A stretch of 64,000 nt of DNA, taken from contig OZ361256.1 of NCBI GenBank assembly GCA_977018835.1, positions 1,178,001 to 1,242,000 on the forward strand. Direction: 5' to 3'. Positions 13,913-25,560 of the stretch are shown here, piece by piece (positions within the stretch are counted from its first letter, which is position 1; the number at the start of each line of letters is the position of its first letter). A program made the translations under genes and the position numbers. The stretch comes from Minutocellus sp. GHC0000111 (Eukaryota). The notes beneath the pieces are model-generated. The model was not told where the DNA came from and searched no databases. It saw nothing but the letters and a program-made list of their open reading frames with translations.

Positions 13913-15106
13913 ATGACGTCCGTTCTCCTGCGAACTGCCGCCAAGCGGGCAGCCAACGCCACCTCCATCCGACGGGAGATATGCCGATCATTGTCTTCTA
14001 TGGCATGCGCCAATAATAGCGCTCCCTCGATTACAAATCAGCGCACTCTTTCGTCCACTTCCAGCACGTGTCATGCCCTGACGTCAAGACCACTTGCTGC
14101 AGTCGCTGGTGTCCCAACAGTTCGAACATTCGCCGCGGCGGCAACTGCGGATGCCAGCAGCAGCTCCAGCACCAACAGCAAAGAAAGCGAAAGCAGCAAG
14201 GGCCAAAAAGACCAGAAAAAGAAATCGGCGGCCGATGAACCCAATATCTTTCTTGATAACATCGGCAAGATTTTTCTGGGCGCCATCGGTGCCATCATCC
14301 TGGCCCTCGTCCGATCGTCCAAAGCCACGTCGAACCGGACGGCCCTGCGAGATTACATCGAGAATCACTCCCTGCTGGATCCGCTGGAGATTGATGATCT
14401 GCGCGTGGCCAATTCCGAATTGACTGTTGAGGTATATGAGAAAATCATGGCCGATGTCTTCGCAGCCTTCCCCAGTGGACAGGCATCGTATGAGGCCTTT
14501 GTGTCGGTCGTCATGACGACCATGAGGGGCCTCAAGGGTGAGGCATTTACCATTCAGCTGGGACATTTGATTGATCGGGTGGCCATTGCCGCCATTGAGA
14601 AGGAGGCTGAGCTAGAGAAGCAGAATGAGGGTGCCATCGGTGGTAGTGCTTCCGATGCATCCGAGCTGGGAAGTGACCCGATCAAGCGGCAGCTTCCCTT
14701 ACCTTTGCTGTTTACAGTTCTATCGCTTGCCTTGCAAAGCGACGTGACCAATCGCGTACGTCTTCTCTTTAGTGCGTTACAAAAGGACAGCGCATCGGCC
14801 GAGGAGGGGATGGTAACGGAAGCCGACATTATCCGAATGGTGTCTTACTTACAGACAACCTGCCAGCTTGTCCCCGATGCACAGATTGTTCAGACCGAGA
14901 CCAAGTATCCCGTCCAAACCTATCGAGAGGGATCGCCCGCCGAGCTGGTGGGGTGCGCCAAGAAGCTGATGGAAGACGATGGGCTTTTGAGGGATGAGAC
15001 GAAAGATGCCGGCCGATACGATATATCCGATTTCCATCGCATCCTCCGGACCAAGCAAATCTGCGCCTGGGGAGAGTGCTATCGCAAGACCAAAAATCTT
15101 GAGTAA
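13913..15106 (+). CDS. Hypothetical protein, likely mitochondrial membrane protein
   Basis: R/S/A-rich presequence (MTSVLLRTAAKRAA...), one TM segment (IFLGAIGAIILALV) and an EF-hand-like helical C-terminus. Confidence 0.7.
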   Translation: MTSVLLRTAAKRAANATSIRREICRSLSSMACANNSAPSITNQRTLSSTSSTCHALTSRPLAAVAGVPTVRTFAAAATADASSSSSTNSKESESSKGQKDQKKKSAADEPNIFLDNIGKIFLGAIGAIILALVRSSKATSNRTALRDYIENHSLLDPLEIDDLRVANSELTVEVYEKIMADVFAAFPSGQASYEAFVSVVMTTMRGLKGEAFTIQLGHLIDRVAIAAIEKEAELEKQNEGAIGGSASDASELGSDPIKRQLPLPLLFTVLSLALQSDVTNRVRLLFSALQKDSASAEEGMVTEADIIRMVSYLQTTCQLVPDAQIVQTETKYPVQTYREGSPAELVGCAKKLMEDDGLLRDETKDAGRYDISDFHRILRTKQICAWGECYRKTKNLE

Positions 15107-15232
15107 AAGATACTCTATTAGTATTTTAAATCGCCTTTGTCTCGACCATTGTCTCGACCATTGAATTTAGTTTTACTTATTACTTACGCAGCCCGATGAT
15201 TCTAAAGCACTATTATGTGAGCTCGGCAACTT

Positions 15233-18200
15233 CTAAATTGGAACGGCATCCATCGCATTGGCGTGATCGGCACCGACCGCATTCATTGGATCATCCAACG
15301 GCACGGCATCAGCAACAGCAGTCTCGGCAGCAACCACTTCTGATTTCGCGGACCTCTTGGTCGGTGGAACATTAATACCATGAGCTCTCTGCACACTGAG
15401 CTTGCCATCCCATTGGAATCCAGCCTGTTCCAAGATGGCAATTCGTTCCTCCGTCATCTTGGTTGGCCTTCCTCGAGTAATGTTGCGATAATCCTGCCTT
15501 TGCCTTTCACACCAGTACGAGAGCGCTTGATTCTCAGGGTACACTCGTGGAACAAAACAATGTCCGTGCTGCTCCTTGAAAGCTCGAAGGTCCTCCAGAC
15601 GTTGGTCCCACGAGTCTGCGCTCTGATCACCCGTCTTTTTGCTGACTACCCATTGAAAGCCGATGCCTTCCAATTTTTGAATCCTCGTGTCGCTCATCGG
15701 GCTCTTCTTCCCGCTCTTCTTCTTACGGTAATCCTCTCTCTGTTTCTTGACGAAAGAACCCAGTTTCTTGTTTTGTGCATAATTACTTGGGACGTTACAG
15801 TGCCCATTGGCTTCTTTGTAGGCGGCAAGCTCATCGAAGCGAGTATCCCACGTCACACGGGCGGCCGATCTCGACGGGGCGATGTCATAAGAAGGAGTGA
15901 CGAGAGAGGAAGAAGCTGGGTCTTCGTCCATACCAATCTCACCCTCATTGGGAATTTCCCATACAAATCCAATTCCTTCTAGAAGTTCGAGTCTCTTATC
16001 AGTCATTCTCGACGATCGACCATTTATGCGACGCCAGTACTGGGTGCGGCAGGTGTCGACCCAGGCACCGAGACCAGGATCCTCCGGATACGTGTACGGC
16101 ACTCGGCAATGTCCCTCGGTCTCTCGATACTTGACGAGCTTGTTGAAGTACACAGTCCACTGGTCCGGCGGCGTCTGTGCTGAAAAGTCGAAGCCGATCT
16201 CCTCGAGCTTCTTGAGCTTGTCGTCCGTCATCTTGGTTGGCTTTCCCTTCTGCCGATTGTTGTACTGATACCGCTGCTGGTCGACCCACCGACTGAGCTT
16301 CTTGTTCTCTTCGTAGGCTTTGGGTACACGACAGTCACCGTGGGCTTCCTTGTAAGCCTTGAGCTCCTCAAAATGCTCGGACCAAGTATCAACGGCCTCC
16401 TTCTTCTCGCCAGTATTCTTCTTACCAGCTGTGCTAGTCCTAGCTTTAGGAGTCTTGGGGGCATTGGTGGTCTGATTCTCGGCGGTTTGCCACACGAAGC
16501 TATAATCGAAACACAAACGAAACAAACAGTGCAAGTGTTAGATATTGCAGCGAATAGAAGGTCATAGAATAGGAGGACAACGCAATGTCATCAAACACAC
16601 GCATGAGCAAAGAAAAGAACTCACCCAATATCTTCCAGCCTCTGGATCCGCTCCTCGGTCATCGGGCTGTTCTTCCCCTGCTGCCGCAGCTTGTACGCGG
16701 CCTTCTGACGATCGCACCACATGCCCAGTTTCCGATGGTCCGGATCGGACGTCCTCGCACTGTTGACAACGTACACCGCCCCGTGCTCGGCCTTGTACTG
16801 GACCAGCTTCTGGTACATTTCATCCCACTTCTCCGACCGGTTGCCCCAGATATTCCATGCGAATCCAGCCTCCTCGAGCTTCTGGACGCGTTCGGCGGTG
16901 AGCCGCGTGGGCTTGCCAGCGTCGAGCTTGCGCTTTTGGGTGGCCCACCGACCGAGGACCTCGTTGGCTGGGTAGTTCTCGGGGATGGCACCGTGACCCT
17001 CGGCGGCGACGAATTGCTTCAACTCCTCGAGACGGAGGTGGAAGGTGGCGTCGTCCTCCGTCGCCTTCCTGGCAGCGGCGGGCTTGGAGGCACCGTCGTC
17101 CTCGCCTTCGTCGCCGCTGTCGTCGTCACCATTGGCAGGTGCAGCTCCAGCTGCGGCACCAGCCTCTGCACCAGCAACTCCACCCTGACCTTGACCCCCA
17201 CCCCCCGCCGCAGTCGCGGATCCGTCCAGATCGAACCCAATCTCCCTCAACCTGTCCACCCACTCGGGTTTCATGGTATTGGACTTACCATCCCTCAAAT
17301 CCCGATACGTCTTCCTCTGCCGCTTGCACCAGCTCCCCAACTTGGGATGGTCCTTGCTGTGACTGGGGACGTTGGTCCTTCCGCCATTGGCCTGCGCATA
17401 CGCCACCAATTGCGCGTACATGTCGTTCCAGGCCTCGTCCCGATTGGGGGCGATCTGCCACGTAAAGTCCAGTGCCTGGAGTCGGTCGACCTTGTCCTGG
17501 GTTAGGGTCGAGGGCTTGCCCACGCGGTGCAGACGGTACTGGGCCCGCTGGACCTGCACCCACGGCCCGAGCTTGGGATGCCGGCCGGGGACGAGGCAAT
17601 CGCCCTTGGAGGCGCGGTACTGGCACAGGAGGTCGTACATGGCGTTCCACTTGGCGTCCCGGGTGGCGCTGTTGGCAGTTGCGGTGGCTTGGAGCTGAGA
17701 CTGGGATCGGTGGGCGGGGATGGCGGCAGCGGCTGGGGCAGCGATGGCAGCGGCCGTGGCAGCGTCGGCACCGGCGTTGGCGTCTGAAGCCTTGGCACCG
17801 GCACCGCGAGCGGCATCGGCAGATTCGCCACCGGGGACGTATCCATCCTGGCCTTGGGCTTGGCCTTGTCCCTGTGCATGATGATGATGATGGTGCTGCT
17901 CGTACGCCTCGTGCTGGTGCTGGTGCTGTGCGTAGGCGGCCGTGTAGTCGTAATGCGGATGATGGTGGGCGTAGTGCTGGGCGTAGTGCTGGGCGTAGGC
18001 CTGCTGGTGCTGCTGATGCTGGTGGTAATGCGCCGCGGCGGCCGGATCGTAACCTGCGTGAGCATGACCTTCATTGTGAGGAGCAGGAGCACCGGGATAC
18101 GCCGCCGCTGCAGGAGGAGGAGGAGCTCCGTGTGCATGCTGCTGCGTGGGATGGTGGTGATGCTGCTCGTCGTGCGGGTTGTGATAGACATCCGCCAGGG

Positions 18201-18561
18201 CCTCCGCGGCGGCCGCGGCCATCTCGGCGTCGGCGGCGGCGGCGTGCGGATCCACATGATTAGCATGGTGATGCTCACCAGCGGCCAGGCGGGCGAGCTT
18301 GGGCTCCCGCTCGCCCTCGGCCTCGTGCGGTCCGCCCGTTCGAGTCTCGCCCCCTGTAGGTGCCGGAGGCGGCGCCTCGTCGTCCTCGCCCAAGGCCAGG
18401 AGGGCCGTGGCGGCCGGATCCCCCCCGCCGCCGACGGGGACGGACGCCATGGGGTCGCGAGGAATCTCGGCAGGGGCATTGGCAGCGGCAGCGGGCAGAG
18501 GAGGCGGTGGGTCGGTCCCCATCGGCTCCTCTTCAACGTCGGGGGCGTGACACGTGGGCAT
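15233..18561 (-). CDS. Helicase-associated (HA) domain repeat protein, 8 repeats, 1067 aa, 2 exons (18561-16625, 16499-15233)
   Basis: Eight W...L..YK..HG.C.VP...LG.W...QR...R...LE.IGF.W repeats. A GT-AG intron at 16624-16500 restores IG-FVW. The N-terminus is H/Q/A-rich and low complexity. Confidence 0.9.
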
Positions 18562-19151
18562 TGTTCCGTTAGCAGGCGGATGAATTATATGTCTGAATGA
18601 GAATGATTTGCTTGGGCTCTATCGTATTGCTACGCCGGTATCCTTGGAGGGTATCCAGCAAGCAATGCAAATTCCGGCACGTCTTGTGGTTTGCGTTTGC
18701 AGATTTGGTGAGGTTGGTGCCGTGCATGGGAATTCGACGGTTGGTCCTCCTCGCTTGTGGTGCGGCGTGAACTTGGTGCCTGGCGAGAAAAAAAAACGAT
18801 GGTTTTGGATGGCCTTCTTTGTGACGTCACACAACTCAAAAACCCGGAGGCAGCAAATATTGGCGAAGAAGAAAAGGCGGGTCTTGTCCATGAAAGAAAC
18901 CGACCCAGCCAACGCTTCGCCTCTCGTCAGCCTCTCGATCTCTTGAATTGATAACAACTCCCTCTGAAGGCTTACGGCGTGGAATTGAACTGAATTGAAT
19001 CGAGAGCAACCCTTCTCTTTCAACTCTGGTATCTTTGTGTGTTGGATTTAATCATTCAAAAAGCAAAGCAGCACATCTTGTATCGCATCGCACCGCCTAC
19101 TTTTTCTTCTTTGCTTCCAAGAATCGTACAGAACAAAATTGTACAACCAAA

Positions 19152-21056
19152 ATGCCGCTGATCCAAAGCTCCCTCCGACGTCCGGCGTCCATTGCCGCCG
19201 TCCTGCTCTTTGGCACGTCGGCCGTTGGCACCAGTGCGGCTTCGGCTGCTAGCCCCTCTGGTGGTATGGCCGCCCAAAGGAACGAATTCATGAGGACCAT
19301 GGAATCGTCCGCCCGCAAGGTCCGCGCCGAGAAGGCCGCCGCCGCCAACCTTCGACGGAAGATTGCCGCCGCCGCCGTGCCCCGTCCCGCTCAGGCTCAG
19401 CAGCAGGGCCAGATCCGTAAGCTCGACGACGCCGACGCCAATGAGGACAATGTGTGGAACGACTTTGGCTTCGACGTCGCCGACTACTCCCTCAAGTACG
19501 CCGGATGTTCCGCCGTCGCCACGTGGTCCGACGAGCTGGCCGAGCAGGGCGGACAGGACGCTGTCGTCAACTCGCAAAAGTTCGTCGTCTTTCGTCTGTG
19601 TCCCACCGATTCCTGTTCCGACACCCGGACCTTCGGTTGCAGCAACAACTACGGAGAGTACATCCTCGACATGGCCGACTACCTCCAATTCCTCAAGGAG
19701 TACAAGGCCGAGCAGCTCGAGAGGTACTGCGAGTACTGCGAGGAGTGCGTCCAGGCCGAGGAGGAGTGGCAGCAGCAACAGCAACAGGACAACTACAACA
19801 ACCAGAACTGGTACAACAACCAGAACCAGAATGGCGACGACAACAACAACAACAACAACAACAATCAGGATGGTGACAATGACCAAGAGCAGAACCAGGA
19901 GAACCAGGATCAGCAGGAGCAGGAGCAGGAGGGCGAAGAGGATGATCGGGAGGAGGAAAACAACGAAGAAGACAGGGACGAGGTGAGTATTTTTTTCATT
20001 TTCATTGTTTCTTCGACCTTTCATGATATTTGTCTGAACACATACATATCGTATCTCAATCCGGACTCTTTTTACATTCGCTTCTTCGCCATTTTAAATC
20101 GACCACAGGGCCAGGAAGGACAGGAGGGTGAAGGTGAAGGTGCTCGTCGCCGTCGGCTTGAAGACGCTGCCGCAGACGAGGATAACGCCGATGACGCCCA
20201 AGAAGACGGAAACAATTACCAGGTATACAGCTGCTCGGATTACAATTACAATGCTTGCTCCACGTATGCGAACGTGTGCAATGACAACAACAACAATGGA
20301 GGTGGAAACAACAACAACGATCTGACGGAGTACTTTGAATGTCAGCAGGTGGGAGGCAATGGTTACTACCTCGGCCCACATTGCGAGTCTGATAAGACAA
20401 CGATTAGCATCGGTGTTTACTCCGATGAGGAATGCTCCGTCTACGTTGGGGATGAGGTCTCGTTCTACAATGTGATGGGATATGAGTACGACGGCAGCGA
20501 GCTCGAAATGTACTACGATTCGTCTTGCACGTCGTGCCGCGAATCTGACAAGGCGTATCAAAATGTTGATGGCGACGAGGAGGATGGTGATGACATCAAC
20601 GAGCTTTGTGAGAATCTCTATCAGGGCGCCGGCAAGTGCAACCGGTACATGTACGATGCCGAGGATGGTTCGTATCAGGGCTACAATCAGGAGGCCAATG
20701 AGAAGGAGGTCTGCGGCTTCATCAAGAATGTTGTCACCGGCCAGTACGATGAGAACGGTTACATCTACCTTGAGACTTCTCAGTACGTGAAGGATAACCG
20801 TGAGAATCGTTACGCCGAGACAGGTGAGGTGACGGCCGGACAGATTTGGGCCATCCTTGGCTTGACCGCGCTGTGCTCGATCATGACCATCTGGGCCTGC
20901 TTCCTGCACCGGTCCCTGACGAGGAACACCCCATGGAGGCCCAAGCTGAGCGACAAAATCAAGAACAAGCTCAGCCCGCGTCGCAACCGAAGCGACAAAT
21001 CAGGCATCATGCTTGGTCGTGGCGGAAGTTACCAGCCTCCTGACAACTATGCATAA
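19152..21056 (+). CDS. Silicanin-like type I membrane protein (candidate silica deposition vesicle protein), intron 19983-20108
   Basis: Signal peptide, RXL motifs (IRKL, RRRRL), YSLKYAGC / FVVFRLCP / YGEYILDMADYL Cys-rich blocks, N/Q-rich tracts, a C-terminal TM helix and a short basic tail. The 126-nt in-frame intron is GTGAGT...CACAG. Confidence 0.8.
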   Translation: MPLIQSSLRRPASIAAVLLFGTSAVGTSAASAASPSGGMAAQRNEFMRTMESSARKVRAEKAAAANLRRKIAAAAVPRPAQAQQQGQIRKLDDADANEDNVWNDFGFDVADYSLKYAGCSAVATWSDELAEQGGQDAVVNSQKFVVFRLCPTDSCSDTRTFGCSNNYGEYILDMADYLQFLKEYKAEQLERYCEYCEECVQAEEEWQQQQQQDNYNNQNWYNNQNQNGDDNNNNNNNNQDGDNDQEQNQENQDQQEQEQEGEEDDREEENNEEDRDEVSIFFIFIVSSTFHDICLNTYISYLNPDSFYIRFFAILNRPQGQEGQEGEGEGARRRRLEDAAADEDNADDAQEDGNNYQVYSCSDYNYNACSTYANVCNDNNNNGGGNNNNDLTEYFECQQVGGNGYYLGPHCESDKTTISIGVYSDEECSVYVGDEVSFYNVMGYEYDGSELEMYYDSSCTSCRESDKAYQNVDGDEEDGDDINELCENLYQGAGKCNRYMYDAEDGSYQGYNQEANEKEVCGFIKNVVTGQYDENGYIYLETSQYVKDNRENRYAETGEVTAGQIWAILGLTALCSIMTIWACFLHRSLTRNTPWRPKLSDKIKNKLSPRRNRSDKSGIMLGRGGSYQPPDNYA

Positions 21057-21212
21057 GCAATTTTTGAGTTATACTGTCAGCTGGCTTAGACAAAGTACCT
21101 AAGCTAATTTGTAGAAAAAAAATTGAGACAAAGTTACTAGTATTTTGCAACGCTTCCATCCAGTAGGAATTCAATTCTAATTTATCTGCGGTGAAAATTA
21201 TTCTCGGGCCAA

Positions 21213-22472
21213 TTATTTGCTCGAGCCAGACAAGGACAAATCGGCCGAAATCAACAAGTGATCGCTGGGCTCGGCCTCCGTTGGGAAAGGGCCGGGATAT
21301 TCCTCTCGAGAAGGAATCTTTTGGACATCGTCAACATCCCACTCATCGGAAAGAAAGATGTAATCTAAAGTACCAATGAAGGGTTCAGCATCGCGTATCT
21401 TGGCATAGTTGGTATAATCGGGTTCGCCATGGCTACTGACAGCGTATGCACTTTGCATTGGCTTCGCCTCTGGTTGCCATACCATCCCATGCTTCTCAGC
21501 TGGGTAAGTTGGATCGAAACGAGGGAGGACGCCAGTCGTCAGCATCTTGTAGTGCGCCGAATCTGGCATCAGGTTGAAATCGCCCGCCAGAATATGCGGA
21601 CAGGGCCCCACAGTAGCGGCAAAGTCCTGACAATGCTTGGCGGCAAGATCAGCATGAATGTTCATCACCGGTGGGGCGTAGAAGGCACATGGCATGTGAT
21701 AGTTGGACAGACAAAAGGTTTGCCCATCTCCAGCCCCAACTCGCTCCTTGAGACAGACCGATACAAGAATATTCTGTCTATTTTCAGACATTTGCCATGG
21801 ATCGATGGGATCCTTGGGTGGAGGCGGAAGTCGGAGCAAATCTCGCATGGGACCCACGATGGATCGGATGCCACGCTTGAGACTGCCCTGTGAAAACTTA
21901 CGCAGACTCCGCTTCGCATTGCTTATTTTGCCCGAAATGCCCTCGGCCTCAATGCGCGGCTCTCTCGGCCAACCCTGGGTACGACAATCACTCAACCGCA
22001 CCTGCTCAGCGGCAATGGTTTCATACTCATCAATAGGATAGGCCAACGCAATGCCCATGTAATTGTTAAACGGCTTTCCATAGAGACCAGTGATCATCGT
22101 GTAGCGATTATTCGCAAAGAATGTGTGAAGTGGTCCAGCGAACGAATGGCTAATCTCCTGCAGACAAAATATGACGGGCTTGTCCATGGTCTGGCAGTCG
22201 TTCATCTCGGCTTCCAATTTGGACAAAACGCGGGGGAGACGGTTGGCAAAATCCAAATCTTCCGGTTTGCACGCTGTAAAGTGATCCGGCGAGGCCAGAT
22301 GCGACGAGAGGACGTTGTAGCTGACGATGCGGACGGAGAGGCGTGCCTTGCCGGCAGCTGCGGCGGCAGCAACTGCAGGAGTCATGGCTGGAGTGGAAGT
22401 GGAGAGGGATTCGACCGCAACAAGAAGTAGCACGAAAAGCAACAGAGCCAGCCGGATGAAGAGGAGGCTCAT
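21213..22472 (-). CDS. Endonuclease/exonuclease/phosphatase family protein (CCR4/nocturnin/PDE12-like)
   Basis: SYNVLS, CLQE, AGDFN, TLDYIF and PSDH motifs. N-terminal signal peptide. Confidence 0.88.
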   Translation of the reverse strand: MSLLFIRLALLLFVLLLVAVESLSTSTPAMTPAVAAAAAAGKARLSVRIVSYNVLSSHLASPDHFTACKPEDLDFANRLPRVLSKLEAEMNDCQTMDKPVIFCLQEISHSFAGPLHTFFANNRYTMITGLYGKPFNNYMGIALAYPIDEYETIAAEQVRLSDCRTQGWPREPRIEAEGISGKISNAKRSLRKFSQGSLKRGIRSIVGPMRDLLRLPPPPKDPIDPWQMSENRQNILVSVCLKERVGAGDGQTFCLSNYHMPCAFYAPPVMNIHADLAAKHCQDFAATVGPCPHILAGDFNLMPDSAHYKMLTTGVLPRFDPTYPAEKHGMVWQPEAKPMQSAYAVSSHGEPDYTNYAKIRDAEPFIGTLDYIFLSDEWDVDDVQKIPSREEYPGPFPTEAEPSDHLLISADLSLSGSSK

Positions 22473-22879
22473 GAAGTGAGGGGCTCAGTTGGGGGAGAAG
22501 AAAGGTACCGCGAAACAGCTCTCTTCCACAAGTTCAATTCAAAGCATTGGTCTGTGGCGGGCCGAGCGGGGCGAGCGCGAGCGCGCGCGCGCGAGCAGAG
22601 ATGGTCTGGACGTCGACCGCTCGACCCTTGCGCTCGGTTCGCACAGTTCGCATCCGCTCGGGCTGCTTCCTAATCCTGCAATCTTCAAATCCGGCCATCA
22701 CCACCAGCAAGCAGAACAAGTCAACAAGCGACCGTCGACCATTAAATCAGATCAACGTCGAGATATAATTGATCATCTCTCCCCAATAATCCTTCACGCA
22801 AACAATACAAGTAGGATAATCGAAAAGTACACCCACGTCAAGCCAACCGCCAACAGAAGCCGGCAAGGAGTGGATAGGA

Positions 22880-24041
22880 TTGGTGGCTGCATTTGTAGCC
22901 GCCCTATCCTTTGGTAGTTACAGCGTTCCGATGAAAGGCGAAGCTGCCACCAAGGTCGACGTCGATCCGCTGGTCTTTCAATCCTACAAGAGCATCATGG
23001 TGTTTGCCATGTCCTGGTTAGTTTTGCTATTGGATACCAGACCCTCTTTCACATGGTGGGGCCTTGTATCCGCCAGCTTTTGGGTACCAGCTGGAACCGC
23101 TGGCATCTATGCCGTTCGAAGAGCAGGTCTCGCCGTCAGTGTTGGCATATGGTCCAGCTTAATAGTATTCATCAGCTTCCTCTGGGGAATCTGCATCTTT
23201 GGCGAGAAAGTGTCATCCATCTCCGAAACGATTGGCGCAGCAAGCTTACTTTGCGTTGGTCTGTGGGGTATCGCCTACTTTTCATCGCCATCGCATCAAA
23301 AGGGCAGATCCAAGGCCATACGACAACATCATGTTGAGGAGATGGGACCGTTTGTGCAGGAAGATATCGAAGCAGATCCACTGACGTCCAGTGTCACCAA
23401 GACCGACTATGGAGCAACATCTGCGAACGACGATACTGCCGTCGAGTTGGAACCGCTGACTGACGATGGATATGTCAAGTTGGATTTAGAACACTTCCCT
23501 CATTCTGGTAAGCCGCCATGGAGCGAGAAGGAGGTGGATCTCATCATAATTCACGACACGCAGTATCATTTGGGCCTTGCCATGGCTGCCTTGAATGGAT
23601 TTCTTGCTGCCTCAATCATGGTGCCGCTTCATTACGCAGGTCACAATGCAAGAGGACTAAAGTTTGCCATATCATTCGGCACTGGCGCAATGATCATTAC
23701 GGCCTTGATGTGGGCAGTTCGCCTTGCAAACAATACTATCAAGATGGGATCTATTCAGCAAGCATACAGTGCTTTACCATCCTTTCATATTCGTGTCATG
23801 TGGGCTCCTGGATGCTTGGCTGGGGCACTGTACTCCGTTGGTAATTTTTCGAGCATTTTGGCGATATCAACTCTCGGAGATTTCTTGGGTTATTCGCTTG
23901 GCCAAGCCTCCCTATTGGTGAGTGGCTTGTGGGGCATATTTTGGTACCGTGAGATTCAAAAGAGAGAATACATCAACCCTAATGTCATGTGGAGTTGTAA
24001 TCATTGGAATTATTTGGCTGAGCTTGGAGCATGTGCAGTGA
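22880..24041 (+). CDS. DMT-superfamily transporter (TMEM144/sugar-transport-like), start unresolved, frameshift near 23973
   Basis: About 10 TM segments with FGSYSVPMK, DPLVFQSYK and VSGLWGIFWYREI. The final TM helix (TLMSCGVVIIGIIWLSLEHVQ*) is in another frame and ends at TGA 24039-24041. Confidence 0.8.
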
Positions 24042-24099
24042 CAGAATGGTTCCATAAGATATGGAAATAGGTTACTAGCTACGTAGCTAGGTTAGATAG

Positions 24100-25560
24100 C
24101 TAGAGAGTTATCAGAACTCTAGAACCTACCTTCTCGGTTCGCCATGATGACGTCTTTCCGTCATCTGACTTGTCAATCACCATGGTCCAAATGAGATTCA
24201 CTCTCTTGGAATTTTCACCTGCTGGCAAAGTTACAGGAACGGTGGCAATTCCGTCCCTTTCTTCACTATCGCCAATCTCCGCCTCCTCACTCAACAGTCG
24301 TCGAAAATCATCATGTCCACCTAGAACTGCCTCAAAACGTTCTGGGCCGCACCAACGCACTTGGTTGGCAGCGCTATTTAATACGAATGCATGTGCAACA
24401 TCTCCCGTGCGCAACAGTCGTAGCTGCTCCTTGACTACTTCAGTAGGGGTCTGCACAGGCAAGTTGGTCTTTTCCTGATCAAGATTTGCCACATTTTTCT
24501 CTTCCGCACTACCATCAATGGCCGGAGGAGGGCGGGCCTTTTTGCTGCCGGTGTGCAATCCTCGACGAGCCATATCAATGGCATCATCCAATGAGCATAA
24601 AAACTCTGTTCCGTAATGTCCAAAATGTCCTCTCAATTTGTCATGGATTGCTTCTGCAATTGCTTCGGCTGATTCCACTAGGCGCGGACCTGACCGGTTG
24701 ACCAAGTAGTTGCCATCCACGACGTATACAGGCACTCTTTCTTGCAATTCTTTCAACCATTCTTCTCCCCAAGAGTTCAGAAGCTCACTGGCAGCTCGTG
24801 TCAAGCCAAAACCACATAGAGCAAAGATTACCACGTCGGGACGGGAATCCATCAGGGTCTCATAAGATATGCTGGACGTCGCTCCTCCAGTATCACTGGG
24901 TGGACAATGGAGGGGATATCCACCTGCAAGTTCAACAAGCTCTGGGAGCCAATAGCCACAACCCATAATTGGTTCACACCACTCAAGTAAAGCTACTCGA
25001 GGCACGCTGGTTGCATCTTTGGGACGAGCATCCGACACCACGGCACGCACACGGTCCAACCTCTCTTCCAGCGTTTGCCGAAGCATCAAACCGCGTTCAG
25101 AAACACCCAACGTTTCGGCAATGGTGGTAATATTGTCCATGCAATCCTCCAACGTGGAGGGACGTACCACGAGCTGCTTGATATTGCTGCATGTAGCAGA
25201 GCTTTGCGCCTTTGCGTCGGCCCTCGCCAGATCAGCCGAAGTGATGGCGCAAACGCGACAATGGTCCTGCGCAATGATCAAATCTGGCTGAAGTACGGAA
25301 ATTACATTGTCATCCAGCTTGTACATGGGCTGTCCCTCCGCTGCGCGTTCCCTCACGGTCGCATCGATTGTAGCCGACGACGAGGCATCGACGTCCAGGC
25401 GTGGGGCAGACACACAGGCGAGGTTAAGAACCTTCGGAGGCCAATCGCACTCATGTGAGCGACCAACGAGGAGATGTCCAAGGCCGAGACGATATATGGT
25501 CTCCGTCGAAGCTCCCAGTAGGGATACGATCCGCTGAGGCGGCTGGGTATCAGGGGCCAT
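24100..25560 (-). CDS. BtuF-like (cobalamin/Fe-siderophore) substrate-binding protein with extra C-terminal domain (DUF4864-like)
   Basis: RIVSLLGASTE, LVGRSHECDWP, PDLIIAQDHCRVC, LEWCEP and RSGPRLVES motifs of helical-backbone metal receptors. The C-terminus reads PTEVVKEQLRLLRTGDVAHAF. Confidence 0.82.
   Translation of the reverse strand: MAPDTQPPQRIVSLLGASTETIYRLGLGHLLVGRSHECDWPPKVLNLACVSAPRLDVDASSSATIDATVRERAAEGQPMYKLDDNVISVLQPDLIIAQDHCRVCAITSADLARADAKAQSSATCSNIKQLVVRPSTLEDCMDNITTIAETLGVSERGLMLRQTLEERLDRVRAVVSDARPKDATSVPRVALLEWCEPIMGCGYWLPELVELAGGYPLHCPPSDTGGATSSISYETLMDSRPDVVIFALCGFGLTRAASELLNSWGEEWLKELQERVPVYVVDGNYLVNRSGPRLVESAEAIAEAIHDKLRGHFGHYGTEFLCSLDDAIDMARRGLHTGSKKARPPPAIDGSAEEKNVANLDQEKTNLPVQTPTEVVKEQLRLLRTGDVAHAFVLNSAANQVRWCGPERFEAVLGGHDDFRRLLSEEAEIGDSEERDGIATVPVTLPAGENSKRVNLIWTMVIDKSDDGKTSSWRTEKVGSRVLITL

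Noticed and set aside
16585..18600. Long antisense and alternative-frame ORFs over GC-rich genes (also at 19056-20909, 34068-34613, 57847-58635, 63155-63889)
   Set aside because: These are shadow ORFs caused by codon bias of the real genes.
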